Of a DNA stretch of 34,108 nt, positions 20,605-29,569 are shown piece by piece; the first letter of the stretch is position 1; each line of letters opens with the position of its first letter. The notes below the pieces were generated by a model that saw only the letters and a program-made list of their open reading frames with translations, made no database searches and was not told the DNA's origin. Made by a program: the position numbers and the translations under genes. Source of the stretch: Sandaracinaceae bacterium (GTDB lineage Bacteria > Myxococcota_A > Polyangia > Polyangiales > JADJQN01); NCBI GenBank assembly GCA_947483975.1, contig CANKOL010000011.1, positions 1 to 34,108 on the forward strand. Reading direction: 5' to 3'.

Positions 20605-21861
20605 ATGAAGAGCCTGATGCGTGCCGCCGCGCCCGTAGGATATCGTCGGCTGCTCGTCGCGGTCGACTCCTCGCCGCACTCGGAGGCCGCGACGCGCGAA
20701 GCGGCGATGCTGGCGAAGCACTGGGACTCCACGGTCACCGGGCTCCACGCCTTTGCGGCGCGCCTCCACGATCGGCGCTTTCGCCAGATGGAGAACGTCC
20801 TGCCCGAGCGCTTCCAGGTCGAGCAGGAGCTCGAGCACCAGCGCACCGTCCACGAGAGCCTGATCACGAAGGGGCTCGACCTCGTCTCCGATTCGTACCT
20901 CGATCAGACGGAGACCGTCTGCACCGCGGCGAAGGTCCGCTTCGAGCGCCGCGGGCGCGAGGGCAAGAACTACCGCGTCGTGCTCCAAGAGGCGCGCGAG
21001 GGAGCGCACGATCTGCTCGTGCTCGGCTACCAAGGGCTCGGCGCCGTGCAAGACGGAGTGCCCGGCACCGTGTGCCTGCGCGTCGTGCGCAAGAGCCCCA
21101 TCGACACGCTCGTGGTCAAGACGCCCGACGCGCGCATCGGCGCGGGGCCCATCGTCGTCGGGCTCGACGGCTCGCACCAATCCTACGGTGCGCTGCTCGC
21201 GGCGCTCGATCTCGGCCAGCGCCTCGGCGCGCCTGTGCACGCGGTCGCGGTGTTCGACCCGCACTTTCACAACGTCGCTTTCAACCGCATCCGTGAGGTC
21301 CTCTCCGACGAGGCGGGCAAGGTCTTCAGCATCGAGGCCCAAGAGAAGCTACACGAGGAGCTGATCGACTCGGGGCTCGCGAAGATCTACCAGTCGAACC
21401 TGCAGATCGGCGAGCGAATCGCGGCCAAGCGCGGCGCGCCGCTGCAGACGTTTCTGCTCGCGGGCAAGCCGTGGCAGGCCGTCGCGCAGCACTGCACCGA
21501 CGTCGGCGCTTCGCTCTTGGTCATCGGCAAGCTCGGCGTGCACGCCGACGCTGAGCTCGACATCGGCGGCAACACCGAGCTGCTCTTGTCCCTCGCGCCG
21601 ACGAGCCTGCTCATAGTGCAGCGCTCGCATGTGCCGGACATCGAGGTCGTCGCGCGCGAGACCGTGTCGTGGACGCCTGAGGCCGAGGCGCGGCTCACGC
21701 GCGTGCCCGAGTTCGTCCAGCCGATGGTGCGCACGGCCGTGCTGATGTGGGCGCTCGACCGCGGGCACACGGTCATCACGAGCGAGGTGATGGACCAGGC
21801 GACGCAGGCGCTGAAGCCGAGCGGCATGGGCTCATCCGGCTCCGATGGGGGGCCGGGATGA
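20605..21861 (+). CDS. Tandem universal stress protein (2 USP domains) with C-terminal PCP_red-like domain
   Basis: YRRLLVAVDSSPHS...DLLVLGYQG...GTVCLRVVR; IVVGLDGSHQS...LLVIGKLG...IGGNTELLL; tail WTPEAEARLTRVPEFVQPMVR. Confidence 0.9.
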   Translation: MKSLMRAAAPVGYRRLLVAVDSSPHSEAATREAAMLAKHWDSTVTGLHAFAARLHDRRFRQMENVLPERFQVEQELEHQRTVHESLITKGLDLVSDSYLDQTETVCTAAKVRFERRGREGKNYRVVLQEAREGAHDLLVLGYQGLGAVQDGVPGTVCLRVVRKSPIDTLVVKTPDARIGAGPIVVGLDGSHQSYGALLAALDLGQRLGAPVHAVAVFDPHFHNVAFNRIREVLSDEAGKVFSIEAQEKLHEELIDSGLAKIYQSNLQIGERIAAKRGAPLQTFLLAGKPWQAVAQHCTDVGASLLVIGKLGVHADAELDIGGNTELLLSLAPTSLLIVQRSHVPDIEVVARETVSWTPEAEARLTRVPEFVQPMVRTAVLMWALDRGHTVITSEVMDQATQALKPSGMGSSGSDGGPG

Positions 21862-22718
21862 CGACGTCGCCGCTGCGACATGTCGGCGGTGTGATCACGC
21901 TCGCGCTCGCGATGATCGGGTCGTTCGCGGCCCTCGGCTCGTACTTCGACAGGCTCAGCGGCGCAGCGAGCTACGACGTCTCCGCGTGGCGCGGCAGCGC
22001 AGGACACCCGGCGCCTGTGAGCGCGATGGCCGGTCAGGGCATCTTCCTCGCGCCGCGCTTCGCCTGCGCCGCGTGCCACAAGATCGGCCAGGACGGCGTC
22101 GGCATCCGCGGTCCGAACCTCGGCGTGATGACCCCGCAATTCACGACGCCGATCGCCGTCCGCGCCGCCACGGAACAGCGCGGCAAGACCGCCGTGCAGC
22201 ACCTCGTGCAGGCGCTCTACGAGCCCGACGCCTACGTGGTGCACGGCTTCGACGCGCACGTGATGCCGCCCGTGAACAAGCCTCCGCTGATGCTCACGCA
22301 CGAGGACATCCGCTCGGTGATCCTGTTCATGTTCCAACGCAGCGGCGTGCCTCCAACCGCCGCGCTCACCGCCGAGATCCTCGAGGCTCAGCGCCCCTAC
22401 ATGGACGACGTCCCCGACGCTGGCACCGCGCCCCCTGCGCGCGCCGAGCGCCCCGTCACGCCCGGCGACGCGCAGGCGGGCGCCGAGCACTTCGCCGCGC
22501 TCGGCTGCGCGACCTGTCACCGCATGGGCGGCGACGCCGCCGCGCCAAGCGCCCTCGCGCGCGCCGCCTCCCCCAGCGAACTCTTCCTGCTGCTCGCAAA
22601 TCATCCGCCCCTCGACGGCGGCGCGGTGTCGACGGGCGCGCTCACGGTCGCTCAACTCGAGGACCTCGTGACCTATTTGCGGAGCCCAGTCGCCCCGCCA
22701 GACGGAGGCGTGCAGTGA
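21858..22718 (+). CDS. Membrane-anchored diheme cytochrome c
   Basis: ATGA overlap with the USP stop; N-terminal TM; CAACHKIG...RGPNL...LYEPDAYVVHGF...MP; CATCH. Confidence 0.9.
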   Translation: MTTSPLRHVGGVITLALAMIGSFAALGSYFDRLSGAASYDVSAWRGSAGHPAPVSAMAGQGIFLAPRFACAACHKIGQDGVGIRGPNLGVMTPQFTTPIAVRAATEQRGKTAVQHLVQALYEPDAYVVHGFDAHVMPPVNKPPLMLTHEDIRSVILFMFQRSGVPPTAALTAEILEAQRPYMDDVPDAGTAPPARAERPVTPGDAQAGAEHFAALGCATCHRMGGDAAAPSALARAASPSELFLLLANHPPLDGGAVSTGALTVAQLEDLVTYLRSPVAPPDGGVQ

Positions 22719-24961
22719 AGCGAGGTCTTCCCGCGTGGCTCGGCACAGCCGCGCTGTTCCTGGTGCTCCTCGTGCTCTTCGTCGCGGCCCCTGCGCTCGC
22801 GCAGCAGGCTTCGACCGGCGCGCCGTACCGCTCGGTGGCGGGCCTCGACTCGCGTCAGATCGTCTGGATCGTCGCGCAACTCCACATCCTCTTCGGCGCC
22901 TTCGTGCTCGGCGTGCCTATCTTCGCCGTGACCCTCGAGGTCGTCGGCATGAACAACGGCGACCCCCGCTACGACCGCCTCGCGCACGAGTGCACGCGCC
23001 TCTTGAGCGCCGCCTTCGCGACGACGGCGTCCCTCGGCGGATTGCTCGCCTTCGTGCTGTTTGGTCTCTACCCCGGCGTCATGCGGCATCTCGGCAATGC
23101 CATGCATCCGACGTTCTACATCTACGGGCTCGTCACGATCGTCGACGTCTTCGCCCTTTATTACTACTACTACTCCTGGTCTCGCCTCTCGTCGCAGACT
23201 CCCACGCTCCCGCGCGTCGCCAAGCTGTTGCGATATCCCGCGTGGATCATGGGCGCGCTCTTCGTCGCCGGCGTGTTCTATCTCTTTCTCTGGAACGGCG
23301 ACGTCGCCATCTCCTCGATGGGCGTCGACCCGCGCGACATCGCCCAAGGCGCGCCAGCCACCCGCCCCGCCCACTGGCTCTATCATCAGTTCCCAATCTT
23401 CGCGGCTGCGTTCCTCGTCCTCTGGGGCACGTACTCCTACGCAGCGGGCCCCAAGACGTTCCACGTCTTCTTCGGCGTACTCCTCAACATCTGCGGCATC
23501 GCGGTGATGGTGATCGCGAACTCGTGGGGCACATTCATGATGAGCCCGACGGGCTTCGACAGCGTCGGCGAGTTCATCGGCAACACCTGGGGCGCGGTGT
23601 CCACCCCGCTCTGGCGCCCGCTCAATCTACATCGCCTGATGGGCAACGTCGCGTTCGGCGGCTTCATCGTCGGGGCCTACGCGGCGGTCCGCTTCCTCGC
23701 GTCCGACGACAAAGAGGACCGCGCGTATTACGACTGGATGGGCTACGTCGGCAACTTCATCGGCATCAGCGGACTCCTGCTGATCCCGTTCGCCGGCTAC
23801 TACCTCGGCCGCGAAATCTACAGCTACAGCCCCGTGATGGGCAACGACGCGATGGGCGGCTTCCTGTCCTGGAACTTCGTGATGCAAGCCGTGCTGATCG
23901 GCTCCCTGTTCATCTGCGTCAACTTCTATCTGTGGACCGGCATGGAGCGAATCGAGGGCGCCGAGCGCTATCGCCCCTATGTGAAGTACATCCTCGCTGC
24001 CCTCGCGCTCAGCTTCCTCGTGTGGGTCATTCCGCACAATCTCCCGGTGCGCCCGGAGGAAGCCGCGGCGATGGGCACGCAGTATCACCCGGTGCTCAAG
24101 TATCTCGGGCTGATGCCCGCGAAGAACGCCGCGGTGAACTTCATCCTGCTCTCGACGTATTGGAGCTTCATGCTCTATCGCCGCGCCAACAAGGGTGAAC
24201 TAGCCCGCTTTCGTGAGGCAGGCGCGATGCGCTGGGTCGTCGTCGGCGTGCTCCTCGCGACCGGGGCGCTCGCTACCGCGTGGGTCGTGCGAATCTTCCG
24301 CCTCGAGCCCACCAGCCTCGCGCTGACCGAGAGCGCGCGTCCGCTCTTTCACTTCCACGCCTATGCGATCCTCTCGCAGGTCGTGGTGCAGATCGCGGCC
24401 GTCGTGCTCGCGTTTCGCGACCGGGGCAAGCTCGGCCAAGGCCTTCTGCTCGGCTATACGGCCTTCCTCGCGGTCGGCGTGTTCGGCGCCTCCGGCTTCT
24501 TCATCCTCGAGACCGCGAATCCGTTCTTGCGACACCTCGCGGTCAGTCAGGTGCTCCTGGTGCTCACTGCCATGATCCTGACGACGGCCATCGATCTCGC
24601 GATCTTCCGCGGGGCGCGCGTCATCGGTCGGATTCGCTGGGGCGAGGTCGGCGCGCGGCCGCAATACGCGCTCGTCACGCTCGCCGTGTGCATCGTGCTG
24701 ACGATGGGACTGATGGGCTACATCCACTCAGGCGTGCGCCAAGACTGGCACTTCTACATGGCCGTGCGCGACGTGTCGCCGCGGGCGCAGAACCCAGGTC
24801 TCGCCGAGGTCGGCTACATCGTCGCCCTCATCACGGTCATCTACCTGTCGCTCCTCTCGTTCGTGTTCTGGCTGGGCACCTTCCTCGCGAAGGACGGCCC
24901 CGCCAAAGGCAAGCTGCCGACGCCCGAACCCCTGCCGGTCGTCGCGGAGACCTCGCCGTGA
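22715..24961 (+). CDS. Cytochrome bd oxidase subunit I-like (CydA superfamily, bd-like) membrane protein, 748 aa
   Basis: GTGA overlap; AQLHILFGAFVLGVPIFAVTLE (His19-like), ANSWGTFMMSPTG, PLNLHRLMGN (His186-like), MGYIHSGVRQDW (RQPW-like); many TM helices. Confidence 0.85.
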   Translation: MKRGLPAWLGTAALFLVLLVLFVAAPALAQQASTGAPYRSVAGLDSRQIVWIVAQLHILFGAFVLGVPIFAVTLEVVGMNNGDPRYDRLAHECTRLLSAAFATTASLGGLLAFVLFGLYPGVMRHLGNAMHPTFYIYGLVTIVDVFALYYYYYSWSRLSSQTPTLPRVAKLLRYPAWIMGALFVAGVFYLFLWNGDVAISSMGVDPRDIAQGAPATRPAHWLYHQFPIFAAAFLVLWGTYSYAAGPKTFHVFFGVLLNICGIAVMVIANSWGTFMMSPTGFDSVGEFIGNTWGAVSTPLWRPLNLHRLMGNVAFGGFIVGAYAAVRFLASDDKEDRAYYDWMGYVGNFIGISGLLLIPFAGYYLGREIYSYSPVMGNDAMGGFLSWNFVMQAVLIGSLFICVNFYLWTGMERIEGAERYRPYVKYILAALALSFLVWVIPHNLPVRPEEAAAMGTQYHPVLKYLGLMPAKNAAVNFILLSTYWSFMLYRRANKGELARFREAGAMRWVVVGVLLATGALATAWVVRIFRLEPTSLALTESARPLFHFHAYAILSQVVVQIAAVVLAFRDRGKLGQGLLLGYTAFLAVGVFGASGFFILETANPFLRHLAVSQVLLVLTAMILTTAIDLAIFRGARVIGRIRWGEVGARPQYALVTLAVCIVLTMGLMGYIHSGVRQDWHFYMAVRDVSPRAQNPGLAEVGYIVALITVIYLSLLSFVFWLGTFLAKDGPAKGKLPTPEPLPVVAETSP

Positions 24962-25743
24962 CGCGCCCGCGCCTCGGAGTCTTCGGCGGCACGCTCGTCG
25001 TCTTCGTCTCTGCAGTCGTGTTCGTCCGATTTCTCTTTCCGTTTCTCGCCCAGCGCGCGGTCGGGCACCACGCGCCGCTCCCGGTGCCGCAGACGATTCA
25101 GGTCTGGTGGTTGCTGCTGCTCGTCGCGACGCTCGCCGTCTACGTCTTCTCGAGCACGCAGACGACGGAGGACTTCTTCGCCCCGATTCGGGCAGCCGTC
25201 CGCGGCGAGTCGAGGCGCTGGCAGCACCTCGTCGCGCTGGCCGTGGCGCTCATCGCGCCGCTCGCGCTCGGCGCGTGGATGTTCATCGACGCTCTGCCGG
25301 AGACGCGACCGCCGGCGCTGACGCGGCAGCAACACCCGGGCACGAGCGGCCCGAGCGCCGCGCCCTACGTCGGCTCGACCAACCCCTTCCGCGGACTCGG
25401 CGCAGCGGAGACCCACAGGGCGCTGGTGCGTGGCCGCGGCTTGTACTTCCGGGATTGCGCCCCGTGTCACGGTGCGAAACACGACGGCGACGGCCCCGAG
25501 GCGCGCGCGCAATCCCTCCGGCCCGTGAGCTTCCGAGATCCCGGCACGATCGCGGTCCTCGTCGAGGACGCTGCGTATTGGCGGGCCAACGAGGGCGCCG
25601 CGGGGCTGCCGCCAGTGTCGACTCCGTGGGACTCCGCCATGCCCGCTTGGCGCGAAGAACTCGAGGCCGACGACCTCTGGAGAATCGTGCTCTCCGAGTA
25701 CGACGACAGCGGCGTCCGACCTCGCGTGACGGGCGTGCAATGA
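24958..25743 (+). CDS. Membrane protein with ~3 N-terminal TM helices and a monoheme cytochrome c
   Basis: GTGA overlap; hydrophobic N-terminal half; GRGLYFRDCAPCHG...DGDGP...PWDSAMPAW. Confidence 0.88.
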   Translation: MTRPRLGVFGGTLVVFVSAVVFVRFLFPFLAQRAVGHHAPLPVPQTIQVWWLLLLVATLAVYVFSSTQTTEDFFAPIRAAVRGESRRWQHLVALAVALIAPLALGAWMFIDALPETRPPALTRQQHPGTSGPSAAPYVGSTNPFRGLGAAETHRALVRGRGLYFRDCAPCHGAKHDGDGPEARAQSLRPVSFRDPGTIAVLVEDAAYWRANEGAAGLPPVSTPWDSAMPAWREELEADDLWRIVLSEYDDSGVRPRVTGVQ

Positions 25744-27515
25744 TCGTGCAGGCGCAGCGAGCGCATGCCGCGACTCCATGCTTCGCGCTGGCCTGCGCGT
25801 CCGTGTTCCTCGTCGTGAGTGGCAGTCTGCCGAGCCGCGCCACGGCGGACGCGCCCACCTACGACCGCGCCGCCATCGAGGCGCGCGCGCCTCATCAACT
25901 CCGGCAGAAGCCGGGTCCAGGCAATGCCTATCTCGCGTCCGGCCGCGGCCTCTACGGGCGTTACTGCGCGCCCTGCCACGGCGACCAAGGGCGGGGCGAC
26001 GGTCCCGGTTGGGACGTGATGCGCCCTCGCCCCCGCGACTTCACGCTCGGCAACTTCGCGTTTCGCACGACGCGCTCCGGCGAGCTTCCGACCGACGCGG
26101 ATCTCTTCGTCACCATCTCGCGCGGCGCGCCCGGCACGGCCATGCCCGCTTGGGGCGAAGGGACCTTTCGCTTGAGTGAGGCGCAGCGCTGGCAGCTCGT
26201 CTATTACGTCAAGCACCTCAACGGCACGTTCTGGGATGAGTACAGCAATCCCTATCGCACGGCGGCCGCCGGCGAGACTGCCCCTATCCTGCGCATCGGC
26301 GCACAGCCACCCATCACGCCCGCCATGCTCGCGCGCGGGCGCCAGCTCTTCATGGATCAAACGAAGGGCGGCTGCGCGCGCTGCCACGGCTCCGAGGGGC
26401 GCGGCGATGGCCCCGCCGTCGCGGAGATGGTCGACGACTACGGCGATCCGGTGCGCCCGTACGACATGACCAACCCATGGCGCAACAAGAGCGGCCTGAC
26501 GGTCACGGACCTCTATCGCACGCTCTCGACAGGCCTCTCGGGCACGCCGATGGCGGACTTCACCGACGGTGTTCCGAACGAGCGCGACCGCTGGGCCATG
26601 GCGATGTACGCCCAGTCGCTGATCGAGGAGCGCACCGTCTCGGGCGACCCTCTGGTGGCGCACCACGTCGCGGGCCCGCTGCCCGACGATCCCGACGCGC
26701 CCGCGTGGCGCTCCTGCACGCCCTTTGGCCTCCCGCTGATGGGGCAATACGTTCGCGCCCCGCGCTGGCAGGCGCCCTCGGTCGACTTCGTGCGCGTGTG
26801 CGCGCTCTACGACGAGCACGAGCTAGCGATTCGCGTCGAGTGGAACGACGCGCTCCGCGACGAGCGCGTCGGCGCGCGACCGCGCCCCGAGGGAGAGGCG
26901 CCGTCGGCCGCTCCGACCGCGCCGCGCGTCGACTCCGCCTATTTCACGATCGCCGAAGCGAACGCGCGCGCCGCCGAGCGCTTTCTCCCCGACACCCTCT
27001 ACGTGCAGATGCCGGTCGGTCGTCGCGCTCCGCACGACGCGCAGCGCCCGATGATGCTGATGGGCGACCCGGCGCATCCGATGGACGTATGGACCTGGTC
27101 CGCCCTCGGCGGTGGCACGGTGGGCGAGGCCTACAGCCGAGGCGACGCCCGGGGTTACCAAGCCCGGCCGAGCGACGCCTCGAGCCCGCGCGGCAGGAGC
27201 CGCTGGAGCGCGGGTCGCTGGCGGGTCGTGATGCACCGCTCGCTACGCACTGGAGACGCGCGTCACGCGACGCAATTCGGCCCGGGCGACCTCGTGCCCT
27301 TCAACGTGCGCGTATGGGACGGCAGCGCCGGCGAAGTGGGCCTGCAATCCGCGATGAGCTCGTGGCGGCACATCTACCTCGAAGCGCCGACGCCGCTCAG
27401 CGCCTATCTGCGCGGGCTCCTCGCCGCGCTCGCCGGGTACCTCGTGGTGTGGCTCGCGTGGCGGCGGATCCAGCGCGGCCCCCTTGCGGCGACGCGCGAC
27501 CATCTCCAGGGATGA
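25740..27515 (+). CDS. Diheme cytochrome c fused to an ethylbenzene dehydrogenase gamma-like (EB_dh/DOMON heme b) domain with C-terminal TM anchor
   Basis: ATGA overlap; CAPCH and [65 protein letters not shown]...SSW. Confidence 0.88.
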   Translation: MIVQAQRAHAATPCFALACASVFLVVSGSLPSRATADAPTYDRAAIEARAPHQLRQKPGPGNAYLASGRGLYGRYCAPCHGDQGRGDGPGWDVMRPRPRDFTLGNFAFRTTRSGELPTDADLFVTISRGAPGTAMPAWGEGTFRLSEAQRWQLVYYVKHLNGTFWDEYSNPYRTAAAGETAPILRIGAQPPITPAMLARGRQLFMDQTKGGCARCHGSEGRGDGPAVAEMVDDYGDPVRPYDMTNPWRNKSGLTVTDLYRTLSTGLSGTPMADFTDGVPNERDRWAMAMYAQSLIEERTVSGDPLVAHHVAGPLPDDPDAPAWRSCTPFGLPLMGQYVRAPRWQAPSVDFVRVCALYDEHELAIRVEWNDALRDERVGARPRPEGEAPSAAPTAPRVDSAYFTIAEANARAAERFLPDTLYVQMPVGRRAPHDAQRPMMLMGDPAHPMDVWTWSALGGGTVGEAYSRGDARGYQARPSDASSPRGRSRWSAGRWRVVMHRSLRTGDARHATQFGPGDLVPFNVRVWDGSAGEVGLQSAMSSWRHIYLEAPTPLSAYLRGLLAALAGYLVVWLAWRRIQRGPLAATRDHLQG

Positions 27516-27597
27516 ACGGACGCGCGTTCGAGGGACATCGACCGCCGTCCGCGTTACCTTCTCGCTTCCTCGCTGCACGCCCTTGCACGGAGACTCC

Positions 27598-28587
27598 ATG
27601 ACGACAGGCTCGCCCCACTGGTTCGAAGACAACGCGAAGTCGATCGGTCGTACCCCGCTCGTCCGCTTGAACCGCGTCACCGACGGCGCGCAGGCGACCG
27701 TCCTCGCCAAGATCGAGGGGCGAAATCCAGCGTATTCGGTCAAGTGTCGAATCGGCGCGGCGATGGTCTGGGACGCCGAGCAGCGCGGCGTGCTGCACGC
27801 CGGCAAGGAGCTCATCGAGCCGACCAGCGGCAACACCGGCATCGCGCTCGCGTTCGTCGCCGCCGCACGCGGCTACCCGATCACGCTGACCATGCCGGAG
27901 ACGATGAGCGTCGAGCGCCGCAAGCTCCTCACGGCGTACGGCGCGAAGCTCGTGCTGACCGAAGGGGCGCGCGGCATGAGCGGCGCCATCGCGAAGGCCG
28001 AGGAGATCGCCGCGTCCGACCCGGAGCGCTACGTCTTGCTGCAACAGTTCAAGAACCCGGCGAACCCGGCGATTCACGAGACCACGACAGGTCCGGAAAT
28101 CTGGGAAGACACTGCAGGCGCGGTCGACATCCTCGTCTCAGGCGTCGGGACCGGCGGGACCATCACCGGAGTATCGCGCTACCTCAAGCGCACGCGCGGC
28201 AAGGCCATCGTGTCGATCGCGGTCGAGCCGACGGCGAGCCCGATCCTCACGCAGAGGCGGGCAGGCGAAGCGCTCAAGCCCGGCCCACACAAGATCCAAG
28301 GCATCGGCGCGGGCTTCGTCCCCGACGTGCTCGATCTCTCGCTGATCGACGCAGTCGAGCAGGTCAGCAACGAAGAGGCAGTCGAGTACGCGCGACGTCT
28401 CGCGCGCGAGGAGGGCCTGCTCTCCGGCATCTCGTGCGGTGCGGCGGTCGCGGTCGCCGTGCGCGTCGCCAAACGCCCGGAAAACGCTGGCAAGACTATC
28501 GTCGTCGTGCTCCCGGACTCGGGCGAGCGCTACCTCAGCACGATCCTGTTCGACGGCGTGTTCGGCGCCGACGGACTCGCCATCTGA
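27598..28587 (+). CDS. cysK: Cysteine synthase A (O-acetylserine sulfhydrylase)
   Basis: [66 protein letters not shown]. Confidence 0.98.
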   Translation: MTTGSPHWFEDNAKSIGRTPLVRLNRVTDGAQATVLAKIEGRNPAYSVKCRIGAAMVWDAEQRGVLHAGKELIEPTSGNTGIALAFVAAARGYPITLTMPETMSVERRKLLTAYGAKLVLTEGARGMSGAIAKAEEIAASDPERYVLLQQFKNPANPAIHETTTGPEIWEDTAGAVDILVSGVGTGGTITGVSRYLKRTRGKAIVSIAVEPTASPILTQRRAGEALKPGPHKIQGIGAGFVPDVLDLSLIDAVEQVSNEEAVEYARRLAREEGLLSGISCGAAVAVAVRVAKRPENAGKTIVVVLPDSGERYLSTILFDGVFGADGLAI

Positions 28588-28592
28588 CGCAG

Positions 28593-29537
28593 GTGGGCGC
28601 GCCTAGCTCGAAGCCGCCCGCGGCGCGGCGTGCGTGGAACCTCGACGAACTCGTCGGCGCGCTGCGCATTGCCCGCGCGGAGTGGGACCATCACACGGGG
28701 CACACGAGCAGCGAGGGCTTTCCGTCCCGCGACGCGCTCGTCGGCATCGTCCGGGGGCTGCGCGCTGCGCTCTTTCCAAAGCACTACGGCTCGCCAGATT
28801 TGCCCGAGGAGAGCGTCGACTACTTCGTCGGCAACACGCTCGACACGACTCTCGCCGAGCTGCTCGAGCAAGTGCGGCGCGAGCTCGCCTATCGGGCGCG
28901 CGCAGAGGGCGTTCCCGCGAGGGATCTCGAGGTCCGCGCGAGCGAGCTCGTGCGCGACTTCACGCTTCGTCTGCCCGACGTCCGACGCCTGCTCGAGACC
29001 GACGTTCGCGCAGCCTACGACGGCGACCCCGCCGCGCGAGGCGTCGACGAAGTCCTCTTCTGCTACCCGGGCGTCACGGCGGTCACGCACTACAGGCTCG
29101 CGCACGCGCTCTATCAGCTCGGCGTCCCGCTGCTCGCCCGCATCATCGCGGAGCTCGCGCACGCGAGCACGGGCATCGACATCCACCCGGGGGCGCAGAT
29201 CGGCGAGAGCTTCTTCATCGACCACGGCACCGGCGTCGTCATCGGCGAGACTGCAATCCTCGGCGCGCGCGTCCGCCTCTACCAGGGCGTCACGCTCGGC
29301 GCGAAGAGTTTCCCGCTCGACGAGCACGGCGTGACGATCAAGGGCGCCCCGCGCCATCCGATCATCGAGGACGACGTCGTCATCTACGCCGGGGCGACGG
29401 TGCTCGGGCGCGTCACCATCGGGCGCGGCTCGAGCATCGGTGGCAACGTCTGGCTGACGAACGGCGTCCCCCCGAACAGCCGCATCACGCAGGCGCGCAG
29501 CCGCGCCGACGTCTTCGTGGACGGCGGCGGGATCTGA
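28593..29537 (+). CDS. cysE: Serine O-acetyltransferase (CysE/EpsC type)
   Basis: AAYDGDPAA, YPG, TGIDIHPGAQIG, FIDHGTGVVIGET, YQGVTLG, RHP, C-terminal DGGGI. Confidence 0.95.
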   Translation: MGAPSSKPPAARRAWNLDELVGALRIARAEWDHHTGHTSSEGFPSRDALVGIVRGLRAALFPKHYGSPDLPEESVDYFVGNTLDTTLAELLEQVRRELAYRARAEGVPARDLEVRASELVRDFTLRLPDVRRLLETDVRAAYDGDPAARGVDEVLFCYPGVTAVTHYRLAHALYQLGVPLLARIIAELAHASTGIDIHPGAQIGESFFIDHGTGVVIGETAILGARVRLYQGVTLGAKSFPLDEHGVTIKGAPRHPIIEDDVVIYAGATVLGRVTIGRGSSIGGNVWLTNGVPPNSRITQARSRADVFVDGGGI

Positions 29538-29569
29538 GTAGAGGGCGCTCCGAACGCGACCAGAGCGCG

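Noticed and set aside
21845..22714. N-terminal extension making the CydA-like ORF 1038 aa; likewise the extensions on ORFs starting at 12778, 17323, 24280, 25107 and 27744
   Set aside because: The extensions are low-complexity Arg-rich reads overlapping real neighbouring genes; coupled starts or RBSs define the shorter CDSs.
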